Part shown: in pieces, positions 39,721 to 49,900 of the stretch | Position numbering within the stretch: position 1 is the stretch's first letter | How the letters are laid out: each line of letters begins with the position of its first letter | The notes under the pieces: model-generated | Database searches by the model: none | What the model saw: the letters and a program-made list of their open reading frames with translations, nothing else | What the model was told of the DNA's origin: nothing | Program-made: the position numbers and the translations under genes | NCBI GenBank assembly: GCA_963832495.1 | Contig: CAWHUF010000007.1 | Coordinates: 21,821 to 85,820 of the forward strand | DNA from: an uncultured Acidobacteriota bacterium | GTDB lineage: Bacteria; Acidobacteriota; Thermoanaerobaculia; Multivoradales; UBA5704 | Reading direction: 5' to 3' | Length of the DNA: 64,000 nt

Positions 39721-41370
39721 CTATTTCGGGCAGCCGTTTTTGATCCAGGTGAGGATGAGCTGCTGCTGGTCCCTCGACATCTCGCGGGTGACGGGCATGT
39801 AGTTGGGATCGGAGAACGGCAGGTTCAAGACCTGTTGGATCTGCTGAGCGCTGGCGACGACGCTCTCGTAATTGGAGAGATCCACATAGCCGACCATGAC
39901 GGCGTAGAGGTAATAGTACTGGTAGAGGATGGGCTGCACGTCCTCCCACTTGGGGTTGGGGATGGGCGGCTCAATGCTGTTGAAGACCTTGAGGGTGAGC
40001 GGTGCGCCCGCGCCAGAGCTGGCGGCGCCTGACGCCCAGGGCCCGCCCACGAAGTAGAGCTGGCCGCCGATGCTCTGCCGGGTCGACGGCATGTCCTGCG
40101 CGGGAAAGGAGTCGCTCGCCTTGAAAGTCGCGGGAGCGCTGCCGTCCGCGCCAAGGGTCACACTGGAGGGAAAGGTGAGGATGTTGGGGGGTTGGTTGGC
40201 GTCGGATGGTACGTTCTGGTTATCGCTGTTGCTGATAATTTGGAGGGGCACCGGGAGCCCGGCTGCCGGGGCTCCGAAACGGGTCCCCCAGATCGTGACG
40301 GTAACCTCGTCGCCAGGGTTCATGTACTGGCTCCAGCCATCGACGTCGACGTAGGTCCCCAGGTCGTTCTCCGCCAGCGCTGCACTGGAGCCGAGGAGGA
40401 TGCCCAGGGGTAGCTGGGCCGCCTGGGCGGTCTGCTCGGGCGTGAGGTTGAGCTGGAAGACCGCCGCCGTCTGCTGGAACGCCGTCTCGTTGTCAGGACC
40501 GTAGTCGATGGTCCCCAGCACGGTGGGCAGGCTCGGGCCGAGGATGGCGGCCTCCATGGTGCCGAGATTGAGCGGCGGACCACCGGGCTCCTGGTCGGGG
40601 ATGGAGTTGCCGAGGTCAATGGTGAGGGTGTTGCGTGTGGCGTCGAGCTTGGCTGGGGCGTAGTACAGGGGGCTGTTGCCCTGCGCCGGGTTCAGGAAAC
40701 GGCCGGCCACGAGGTGCTTGGGCTCGCCGGCGGAGTAAGGCCCAACGGTCCCCACGATGATGCCGGTGTGGAACCCCGGTGAGGCCGTGCTGGCATTGTA
40801 GCCGTAGGTAGAGAGGCGCACCGAGAGACCGTTCGGGCTCGCCTCCTGGAGCTGCTGCAGGAAGGGAGAGCTCTCCAGGTTCTGCCAGACGAGCTGTTCG
40901 AGCACCGACTGGAAGGCGCCGCCGGCCCCGGAGTCTCCCCCTCCGCTGGGCACACGGCCGAACCAGAGGTTGATCAACGTCCCCGCGTTGTCCCACGCCC
41001 CCTGCACGGTGAAGCCGCCGCCAGCCTCGGGCGCGATCTGGAGCTCGAGCCCGAAGAGGCGGGTGACTCCCTGCTGTTCCGTGTCGAGGTCCACCAGCTT
41101 GGCGGGAAACTGAGGCGCGTAGCTCGTGACAGCGGCGCCGATCAGGGGATCGCCGCTTGTGTGGAGCACCCCCGAGCTGTCCAAGAAGCTCTGGACGGTG
41201 GCGTTGATGGTCCAGGCATGGTCGCCGTAGGGATTCCACGACGGGGCGATCTGGATCGGGTTGTTAGCGGCGGGGTTGTAGCCGTAGTTGGTTGGGGTGT
41301 TGTTGAGGGTCGATGGATTGGCCGTAAAGGTCCCGGCAAAGTGGAACCGGGGGACGTCGAGGTAGCTCAT
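39721..41370 (-). CDS. VioB-N-terminal-like hypothetical protein
   Basis: MSYLDVPRFHFAGTFTANPST resembles the VioB start (MSILDFPRIHF, from memory); AKLVDLD and YMPVTREMS motifs; no ferritin-like C-terminal domain. Confidence 0.6.
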   Translation of the reverse strand: MSYLDVPRFHFAGTFTANPSTLNNTPTNYGYNPAANNPIQIAPSWNPYGDHAWTINATVQSFLDSSGVLHTSGDPLIGAAVTSYAPQFPAKLVDLDTEQQGVTRLFGLELQIAPEAGGGFTVQGAWDNAGTLINLWFGRVPSGGGDSGAGGAFQSVLEQLVWQNLESSPFLQQLQEASPNGLSVRLSTYGYNASTASPGFHTGIIVGTVGPYSAGEPKHLVAGRFLNPAQGNSPLYYAPAKLDATRNTLTIDLGNSIPDQEPGGPPLNLGTMEAAILGPSLPTVLGTIDYGPDNETAFQQTAAVFQLNLTPEQTAQAAQLPLGILLGSSAALAENDLGTYVDVDGWSQYMNPGDEVTVTIWGTRFGAPAAGLPVPLQIISNSDNQNVPSDANQPPNILTFPSSVTLGADGSAPATFKASDSFPAQDMPSTRQSIGGQLYFVGGPWASGAASSGAGAPLTLKVFNSIEPPIPNPKWEDVQPILYQYYYLYAVMVGYVDLSNYESVVASAQQIQQVLNLPFSDPNYMPVTREMSRDQQQLILTWIKNGCPK

Positions 41371-41441
41371 GGTCCCTCCCTAGGGATTCAGTTCTATAAA
41401 GTCAGTGCCACGGAGGCACGGTCTATCCCATCCTGCTGCCG

Positions 41442-41822
41442 TCAAGCGGCCGGAGAGATCGTCAGGACGCCGCTCGCGGCGTCAAACGAGAAGGCGCCGC
41501 CAATGTAGGCCGCGAAATCCGGGGAGGCCGCGCTGACGCTCCCGGTCTCGTCGTTGGTGGTGAGGTCGTGGACCCCCTGGAGGGTGAGGTTTGGCGGCAC
41601 CAAGCTGCCGGCCGTGGAGGGGAACATCACGGTCGCGGTCAGCATTGAGGCCGGGAAGCTGAAGTTGCAGTGGCTGTTGTCCCGCTTCGTGGCGATCAGC
41701 GTCGCCGTCTGCCCGGTCTTGGGATCGACGGCGTTGGCACCGGCGTATTGCCAGTTGCCTCCGTTGTCGTTGAACTGGACGTTGAACAGCAACGTGAGCT
41801 GAAATGAGAGTTGAGACGCCAT
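41442..41822 (-). CDS. Hypothetical protein
   Basis: AAGGGAGG RBS, ATG 41822, beta-rich 126 aa. Confidence 0.6.
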   Translation of the reverse strand: MASQLSFQLTLLFNVQFNDNGGNWQYAGANAVDPKTGQTATLIATKRDNSHCNFSFPASMLTATVMFPSTAGSLVPPNLTLQGVHDLTTNDETGSVSAASPDFAAYIGGAFSFDAASGVLTISPAA

Positions 41823-41856
41823 GGTGACCCTCCCTTTCCTCGCTACAAGGAGCATT

Positions 41857-43536
41857 TTAACGACGATTAAAAACTGAGGGTACCATGTCCAGCTCCGCCT
41901 CCGGTCCTTTGTAGGGAGGGGTGAGTCCCAGGAGCTGCCGGCGCAGGGGCGTCTTCGCCGCGGCGGCGAGGCGCTCGGAGGGCTCATGGCCGGCCCACAT
42001 CCGCATCCACTTGTGCCCGTAGTTGAAGAGCAGCACGCGGCGGGTGGCGGTGCCGCGGTTGGTGCCGGGGGAGTGGACGAGGTTGCCGTTGAAGAAGTAG
42101 GCCGTGCCGGCCTTGCAGGCGAGGGCCACGGCGCCGGGCATGTCCTCGGGCACGGCGACTTTGGGGATGGGCGTGTCGTCCGGCTGGCGATGGGTGCCGG
42201 GGAGCACGAGGGTGGCGCCGCCGTCCTCGGGGATGTCGTCGAGGGCGATCATGACGCGGACCATCAGGGTCGAGCCCGCGTGATGGACGCCGGGCACGCG
42301 CTTCCTCACATCGGTGTGCCAGGCCTCGCCGTCCAGCGCGCCGCCGGGCGGGGTGATGTAGTAGGCGTGGTCGATCAGGGCGATGTCCGGAGACAGGATC
42401 TCGCGCACGAGGGGAAAGATCCGCGGGTGGACGGCGAGGTCGAAGAAGAGCAGGTCGTACTCCAGGATGCCCTCGATCTCCAGGAACTCCGGGATGCGCG
42501 TCCCGGGGCGCGACGGATCGGCCCGCCACGCCGCCTCGGCTGCGTTGGCGGCACGGCGGGCCGCTTCGAGCTCGGCGGGGGAGAGGGCGTTTTCGATGAC
42601 GAGGTAGCCGGGTTCGCCCCCTCCCGGACCCTCACCCCCCCGGCCCCCCTCTCCCGTCCCCCTCCCTTCCCCCCTCACCGGGAGAGGGGGAGAAGTAAGA
42701 AGAGGCTCGATCGCGGGCGTTCCCTGACTTGCTTTTCTCCCCTCTCCCGGTGAGGGGGGAAGGGAGGGGACGGGAGAGGGGCCGGGGGTGAGGGTCCGGG
42801 AGGGGGAGTACGGATCCGTCAACCCCAGCAACTGCCGCCGCACCTCCGTCTCCGCCCCCGCCGCCAAAGCCTCCGACGGCCGGTATTCATCCCACATCCG
42901 CATCCACTTGTGCCCGTAGGTGTAGATGAGCAGGCGCCGGATCACGTCCGAGCGGTTGTTGCCCGCGGCGTGGTAGGTGCGGCCCGTGATCATGTAGGCC
43001 GAGCCGGCGGGGAGGGCCATCTTCACGGCGCCGGGGAGGTCTTCGGGGGCCTCGGAGTTGGGCATCTCTACACCCAGGGGCGTGCGGTGGGAGCGGGGGA
43101 GCACGAGGGTGGCTCCGCCGTCTTCCGGGATGTCTTCCAGCACGTAGAAGACCTTCACCATGAGCCGCGAGCCCGGATGGTCCACGGCCGGCATGTCGAA
43201 GTCGAAGTGCCAGCCGAAAGGGATCTCGGCGCCCGGAGGGGTGATGAAGTAGTCGTGGTCGAGCATCATGACCGAGGGGCCGATCAGCTCCCGCACCCTG
43301 GGGAAGACGCGCGGGTGCTCCAGGAGATCCGCGAGGAAGGGGTCGTACTCCATGATCCCCAGCACCTGTTCCAGGTCGGGACGGCGCACGCCGGGCAGGG
43401 ACGGATCAGCCCGCCAGCGCGCCTCGGCGGCGTCGGCGGCCCGGCGCGCCTGCGCCAGCTCCTCCGGCGTCAGGGCGTTCGGGATGACGAGATAGCCCTC
43501 TTCCTCGAAGAAGGCCCGCTGCTCCCCGGTCAGCAT
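41857..43536 (-). CDS. Tandem two-domain phytanoyl-CoA dioxygenase (PhyH) family protein
   Basis: Two repeats of GYLVIxNAL..WHxD..GATLVLPxxH..H..N..RR.L...YGHKWMRMW; the linker derives from a palindromic repeat. Confidence 0.85.
   Translation of the reverse strand: MLTGEQRAFFEEEGYLVIPNALTPEELAQARRAADAAEARWRADPSLPGVRRPDLEQVLGIMEYDPFLADLLEHPRVFPRVRELIGPSVMMLDHDYFITPPGAEIPFGWHFDFDMPAVDHPGSRLMVKVFYVLEDIPEDGGATLVLPRSHRTPLGVEMPNSEAPEDLPGAVKMALPAGSAYMITGRTYHAAGNNRSDVIRRLLIYTYGHKWMRMWDEYRPSEALAAGAETEVRRQLLGLTDPYSPSRTLTPGPSPVPSLPPSPGEGRKASQGTPAIEPLLTSPPLPVRGEGRGTGEGGRGGEGPGGGEPGYLVIENALSPAELEAARRAANAAEAAWRADPSRPGTRIPEFLEIEGILEYDLLFFDLAVHPRIFPLVREILSPDIALIDHAYYITPPGGALDGEAWHTDVRKRVPGVHHAGSTLMVRVMIALDDIPEDGGATLVLPGTHRQPDDTPIPKVAVPEDMPGAVALACKAGTAYFFNGNLVHSPGTNRGTATRRVLLFNYGHKWMRMWAGHEPSERLAAAAKTPLRRQLLGLTPPYKGPEAELDMVPSVFNRR
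42623..42800. repeat. CCCTCACCCC-family palindromic element inside a CDS
   Basis: CCCGGACCCTCACCCCC ... GGGGGTGAGGGTCCGGG termini; same family as 14367 and 15152. Confidence 0.85.
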
Positions 43537-43605
43537 CGGGATCGACCTCCGTTGTATCTTTGCACTGCATCTTAATTGATCTGCATCGTAGTGGAGCTGT
43601 GTCCC

Positions 43606-44544
43606 ATGCGCGAGGTCCGTTGGGAAAGGATGTTCCCCCACGAGTTGGAGGAGGCCTTCGCGGCCTGCCCGGCGGCGTGGTTCGCCTATGGCCTCTGCGA
43701 GCCCCATGGGCCGCAGAACGTGCTGGGGCTGGACGGCCTCAAGGCGCACGGCCTGCTGGTGCGGGCGGCGCGCGAGCACGGGGGGATCGTGGCGCCGCCG
43801 GACTTCTGGCACGTGCACGAGCTGGGCGGGTACGCCATCTGGGCGGAGCGGGAGATCGGCGAGGCCCGTCCCTGGCTGACCGCCGTACCCCCGTGGGTTC
43901 ATTTCAAGAACGTCTGCTATCACGTGAGGGCGGCCGAGGTGCTGGGCTTCCACGCGGCCGTGCTCCTGACCGGCCACTACGGTCCCAACTGGGAGGATCT
44001 GAAGACGCTGGTGGACCTCCTCCAGCCGTGGGTGCGGATGCGCCTCCACGGGCTGCCGGACTTCGAGGTGAACCGGCCGGGCTTTCCCGGGGACCCCGCA
44101 GATCCCGCAGACACTGCGAACGGCGATCACGCGGGGAAGGTCGAGACCTCGCAGCTCCTGGCCCTGGAGCCGGAGGGGGTGGCTCTGGACCGCATCCCCG
44201 CGGAACCGGTCTTCCCTCTGTTCGCCATGGGGAAGAACGCCGCCGCGGCGAGCCGGGAGGCGGGCGAGCGCATGGTGGCGGACATGGTGGCGGGACTGGG
44301 GGAGATCGAGCGGCGGCTCCTCGCGGAGTGGGACCCGGAGCGGCCCTCGCGCCTGCGGAGCTTCGGGGACGTCGAGCGGTTCTGGGACGAGGTGGTGAAG
44401 CCGGTGCTGCCGGGTTTCAAGAGCCTGCGGTCCACCTGGTACGCGAAGGAGGCCCCGGAGCGGGGCTCGCGGTGGTTCGAAAACTGGGCGTCTTCACCCT
44501 CAGGCCCAGCCGCCGCGCCTCCTCTTCGAGATGACGGGCAATGA
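43606..44544 (+). CDS. Creatininase/mycofactocin-peptidase-family amidohydrolase
   Basis: WERMFPHEL, GLCEPHG..GLD, LTGHYG, DHAGKVETS. Confidence 0.8.
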   Translation: MREVRWERMFPHELEEAFAACPAAWFAYGLCEPHGPQNVLGLDGLKAHGLLVRAAREHGGIVAPPDFWHVHELGGYAIWAEREIGEARPWLTAVPPWVHFKNVCYHVRAAEVLGFHAAVLLTGHYGPNWEDLKTLVDLLQPWVRMRLHGLPDFEVNRPGFPGDPADPADTANGDHAGKVETSQLLALEPEGVALDRIPAEPVFPLFAMGKNAAAASREAGERMVADMVAGLGEIERRLLAEWDPERPSRLRSFGDVERFWDEVVKPVLPGFKSLRSTWYAKEAPERGSRWFENWASSPSGPAAAPPLRDDGQ

Positions 44545-45052
44545 GGTCGTCGCGCTTCATCCAGCCTTCAAAAGCCAGGTCAGGATCGGGGAGGCCTGCC
44601 AGGGTCTCTCGCACCACGTCCTCGCGCCCGGCGTAGACCCGGCGCCGGAAGGCCGGGGTGGCGATCCGCCAGAGGGAGCGGCGGGGATCGGGGCAGACGG
44701 CGGCCACAAGGTCCGGCAGGAGGCCCACCCCCTCAGCCACGACCGGGCCGGGCAGGGCGCGGAGGTCTTCCAGCACCATCTCCCATTCATCGCGGTAGAA
44801 GCCGAGGAGCTCTTCGGCGCGTGCCTCGGCCGGCGGCGCGAAGAGGCGCTCGGGCGGCAGGTCCATGAGGGCGCGGAAGCGCGGGTGGCGGCGCGGGCCG
44901 GCCCGGCGGCGGTGGTCTTCGAAGCGGTCGTCGCAGGAGTAGAGGACGAGGCCGTGGCGGGCCGCGAGGCGCCGGGCCAGGGTGGTCTTGCCGGCGCAGG
45001 CCGAGCCGCCGATCCAGAAGACAACGTGGGAGAAATCGTCCAAGACACGCAC
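44417..45052 (-). CDS. P-loop NTPase / small-molecule kinase-like protein
   Basis: WIGGSACAGKTT Walker A; VVAEG. Confidence 0.7.
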   Translation of the reverse strand: MRVLDDFSHVVFWIGGSACAGKTTLARRLAARHGLVLYSCDDRFEDHRRRAGPRRHPRFRALMDLPPERLFAPPAEARAEELLGFYRDEWEMVLEDLRALPGPVVAEGVGLLPDLVAAVCPDPRRSLWRIATPAFRRRVYAGREDVVRETLAGLPDPDLAFEGWMKRDDLIARHLEEEARRLGLRVKTPSFRTTASPAPGPPSRTRWTAGS

Positions 45053-45240
45053 GGCACGCGTATACTACGGCGCGGAAAAGCTTTCATCAGTAAAGGAGGC
45101 CCGGGATCGCGACTTTTTTCGATCCGCGGCAGCCGCCCATCTCGGCTCCCGCGAGCTCTTTTGGACCGCCCGCCTCCCGGCCGGCGGCAAGCGCGGCCTT
45201 CAGGGATCTCTCGCCGTTTGACCGGGCGGGCCGGCTCCAC

Positions 45241-46771
45241 GTGCTGTGCCTGCGGCCGATCCACCACGTGCTCGAATACCAGGGGCTCCAGGGGATCCTG
45301 GAAGCCCTGCGGGAAGCGGCGCCGGACGCGGAGATCCATCTGCATGTGCGCTCGGCGCTCCGGGACCTGGCGCCGTTCGGCCCGCTGCCGGTCCAGCACG
45401 TATCGAGGCTCACGGAGGAGGGGGGGCGTGGACGGCTCGCGGCGGGTCTGCGCCGGTTCCTCGACGAGGTGCCCGAGGGGGCGGCCTGCGTGCTGGTCGC
45501 GCCGCCCCGGGGCGCCCGGCGCCTGGTCGCGGAGTGCTCGCGGGTCCGCGTGGCCGCGGCCGTGCCCCTGGACTTCAGCACGGCCTGCGTCTGGGAGCCT
45601 GAGAGCCAGCAGGCGTCCTCGTCGTTGCTCTCCGCGTTCCGGCACGAGTCGCCGCGCTGGAGCACGGTGCCGGCGCCGCCGGCCGCGGGGTCCCGGTCCC
45701 TGGCGAGCCCCGCACGCTTCCTGGTCCATCAGGCCCGTTTCCACGTGGGGGACACGCTCTGGCTGACCCCTCTGCTGCGGGAGATCGCCCGCCGTTTCCG
45801 CAGAGCGGAGATCACGGTGGTCGGCCCTCCCGTGGCCGGGGAGGTGCTGGAAGGCAATCCGCGGGTGACCCGGCTCGTCCCCTACCACCCCGAGGAGGGC
45901 GAGGCGGGGCGGCGGCGCGTTCTCGGTGTCCTTCGGGAAGCTCCAGGAGTCCGGGGGACCGCCGTTCGACGCGGCCCTCTTCGCCTTCGCACGGCGCTGG
46001 GAGAGCCGCTGGCTGGCCGAGGCCACGGCCGCCTGGGGAGTGCCCTGGCGGATCGACCTGGAGTACCACGACCTCTTCCTGAAGGACGGTCCGCCGGACG
46101 GGCTGTTCACCCATGAGGGGCGCTTCTTCTGGGGATCGATGGCGAGCCCCCGCATGCTGCTCCATACCCTGGACCCTCTCCTGGCGCCGGAGCCCTGGGA
46201 CCGGTTCCAGGGGGACCGGCGGGTGGAGGTCCACGTCTCCCGGGCCTCCCGGGAGCGGGCCGACCAGGTGCTCCAGGAGAACGGCTTCGACCGCGAGCCG
46301 TTCGCCGTGATCGCCCCTGGAGGCTCGTCGTCGCGCCGCTGGCCGGCGGAGAAATTCGCCCGGCTGGGGGTGCTGCTGACCCGGCACTTCGGCTTCCACG
46401 TGCTCCTCTCCGGAGCGCCGGCGGAGGCCGGCCTGCTCGCGGAGATCCTGGCGGCGGTGCCGCCGGGCGAGGCACGGCGGCGGTTCGTAGCGGCCACGGA
46501 GCCCCTGGGAGTGCTGGCGGCGCTCCTCGAAGGGGCGCGCCTGCTGGTGGCCAACGACAGCGCGGCCATCCACATGGCCGAGGCCGTGGCGGCTCCCACC
46601 CTCTATTTCGCGCAGCGCGAGAAGCTCGCCCACTCCCACCCGCGGACCCGCGCCTGCTGGGCCCTCTGCGACGACGTGGCCAACGACCCCGCCGCCATCA
46701 CCGTGGAGCAGGCCCTGGGCGCCCTGAGGGAGATGGCGCGGCGAGGGCTCCTGCGGCTCGGGGTGAGATAG
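45241..46771 (+). CDS. Glycosyltransferase family 9 (heptosyltransferase-like), frameshift near 45930
   Basis: HVGDTLWLTPLLREI..AEITVV; APGGSSSRRWPAEKF..LVANDSAAIHMAEA. Confidence 0.75.
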
Positions 46772-46988
46772 CCGTCCGGGCCGCGGCAGAAGAGGGGTAG
46801 GCCTTCGGGAATTCTGGGTCTATGCAAACACGAAAGCTTCGGGTATTCTGCGAAAGATCCAACGGAAATTCTGCAGGCTCTTTTGAGACTGGCTGTCGTG
46901 GGTATGCGCCGCCCTGAGGGGCTGCCGGCGCATCCCCTCTTTCATTGACGCGGGCTGCCGCTCGGCCGCCGCGCAGGAGGGATGATCC

Positions 46989-49900
46989 ATGAAGGCTGGA
47001 CGTGTGTTCACCAGATTTCTGCTTTGTTGTCTCGCGGCGTTCGCGGCGTTGACAGTACTCGCGCCGGAGGCCGGGGCGCAGGATTGCCCCGAACGAGGGA
47101 AGACCGTTATCGCGAAGGTGGTCGCTCTCAACCAGACGGTCTTCTACAACCGTCTGGGGGCAAATCTCCTGAACGGAATGATGTTCGCCCTGGAGAGGGA
47201 CGTCTGCGCTCCCGGTGGGCCGATCGTCAACGGCCAGCCGACGTGCGATCCCAATGGGGTGCCGGCCGCGGGGAAGGTCATGCTCAAGCCGTACAAGCGG
47301 CCGCGTCCTCTCGCGTTGCGGGTCAACCGCGGCCAGTGCCTCCAGATCCAGTTCACGAACCTCCTGGGCCCCGCCCCTTCGAGCTGCTCGTCGGCGAGCT
47401 CGAACTGCACCACGACGGCCTCCGTCCATGTGCAGGGGCTGGAGTGGGTCAGCGGCCCCAAGGACGACGGCTCCTCGGTGGGCGACAATCCGAGCAGCCT
47501 GGTTCCCCCTTTGCCTACAGGGAAGTCCGGTCCGCAGGCGACCTACACCTTGTACGCGCCCCACGAGGGCACCTACCTGCTCTACAGCGCCGCGGACAAC
47601 TTCAGCGGCAACCCCGACGGCGGCCAGCTCCAGCAAGGGCTCTTCGGCGCGGTGAACGTCGAGGTGGAGGGGGCGGAGTCGTACCGCAGCCAGGTGACGG
47701 CCGAGGATCTCGAGGTGGCGACGGACAAGCTCTCTCCCTTCAACCAACCCGAGATCAGGTACCAGGCGCTCTACACCAACACCAAGGACAGTGCCTGCTT
47801 CAAGCAGGGCCTCTGCCGGGTGGGGCCGGTCTTGAACATGCTGTGCACCCCCGAGGCCGCCGAGCAAGGTTCCTGTGAGATCGACGAGATCGTCCACAGC
47901 GACCTGACGGCCCTCATCACCGGACCGGCCGCCGGCCGCTTCGTCGCGGGCGAGGAGGAGCCCGTCATCCTCCAGTCCTCCTATCCGCTGCCGGACCGGC
48001 TGCAGCCGTACCGGGAGTTCACGATCATCTACCACGAATCGATCCTGGCGACCCAGGCCTTCGCCAACCTGTACAAATCCGCCACCGTGAAGACGGCGCT
48101 GACTCCCGGCGGCGACTACTTCGGCATCAACTACGGCATGGGCGGCATCGGCTCGGAGATCCTGGCCAACCGGCTGGGCGTGGGACCCATGGCCAACTGC
48201 CCGACCTGCAAGTACGAGGAGTTCTTCCTGACCTCGTGGACGGTGGGCGACCCGGCCATGGTGGTGGACAAGCCGGCCACCAACCAGTGCAGCACAACGG
48301 AGGGGAAGTGCTCGGACGGCGTCACTTCGTGCAATCCCGGCACGTCCCCTTCGACCTGCTCCGGCGGAGGCGTGTGCACGCCCACCTGCAAGGTGACCGC
48401 GGACAACCGCGCGACGCAGGCCTTCTACCCGGACGACCCGTCGAACGTCTACCACAGCTACATTTCGGACCACACGGTCTTCCGCATCCTCCACGGCGGG
48501 GTCGGACCTGCACCACCTCCACCACCAGCACGCCCACCAGTGGCTGCACTCGCCCGACACGGCCAACGGCGACTACACCGACAGCCAGTCGATCGGCCCC
48601 GGCTCGTCGTTCACCCTGGAGATGGTCTACAACGGCAGCGGCAACGTGAACCAGACGCTGGGGGACTCGATCTTCCACTGCCACTTCTACCCCCACTTCG
48701 CGGGCGGCATGTGGTCGCTCTGGCGGGTCCACGACGTGTATGAGACCGGCACGGAGCTGGACAAGGCCGGCCGGCCCGTCACCGGCTTCCTCCCCGGAGG
48801 GGGCGGACAGGTCACCACGACCCGGGCCCTGCCCGACGGCGAGATCGTCGACCGGCACGCCGATCCCGGCGGTGGTCCCGGTGCCCACGATCCCCATGCC
48901 GCCCATGCCGGCCCAGATCCAGCTCACCAACAACGGCACCCAGGTGTCGGTGTGCAGGCCGACGCGAACGGGACCACGGAGTGCCGGCCGAACCTGCTGC
49001 CCGCGGACGGGACGGACAATCCCAAGGATTGGCGCAACCCCGGCTATCCCCTTCTTCATCCCGGGCATCAGCGGCCAGCGGGCGCCCCATCCGCCCATGG
49101 ACTTCGCCTATGCCTGCTCGGACAACGGCGAGGCGTGCACCCCGGCCTTCCTGGGCAAGCCGGCCGACCTCGCCGCCTGCCGGAGCCCCAGGCGACCTGC
49201 GAGCCCCTGGACGGCGGCCTGCCGCGGCACCTGGTCAAGGCTTGCGCCGGCAAGGCCAGCGACTGCGCCACGGTGCCGCCGGTCAACCCGACCGACTTCA
49301 GCAAGACGCTGGAGAAGGTCGACGCCTTCCGGCTCCCCGAAGAGGGGACGTTCGATCGAGAAGGTCGCCATGGCGGCCCAGCAGCGTGCGCCTGATGCGA
49401 CTCGGTGACGCCGACCGGCGATACGGAGACAGTCAACGGCTACGACCCCGGCAGCCACTCGCAGGAACATGCGGCCGGCGCAGTTCATCCTGAACGGCCT
49501 GCCGCCGGCCCCCGGCGCGCCGTATGCCGACCCCTGCATCTCCTACAGCCTGCAGGGCGGCGTACCGCCCGAACCTCCAGACCCGCCGCTACAAGGCGGC
49601 CGACATCCAGCTCGACGCCATCTTCAACAAGGAAGGGTGGCACTATCCCGCAGCAGCGCATCTGACTCCTCTGGGGCGACGTGAAGGCGACGCTCGACCG
49701 GCGAGCGGCCCCCGGAGCCGCTGTTCTTCCGCGCCAACTCCGGGGAGTGCATCGAGTACACCCTGGCCAACCTGGTGCCCAACGTCTACGAGCTGGACGA
49801 CTTCCAGGTGCGCACGCCCACGGACATCCTGGGCCAGCACATCCACCTGGTGAAGTTCGACGTCACCTCCTCGGACGGCGCCACCAACGGCTTCAACTAC

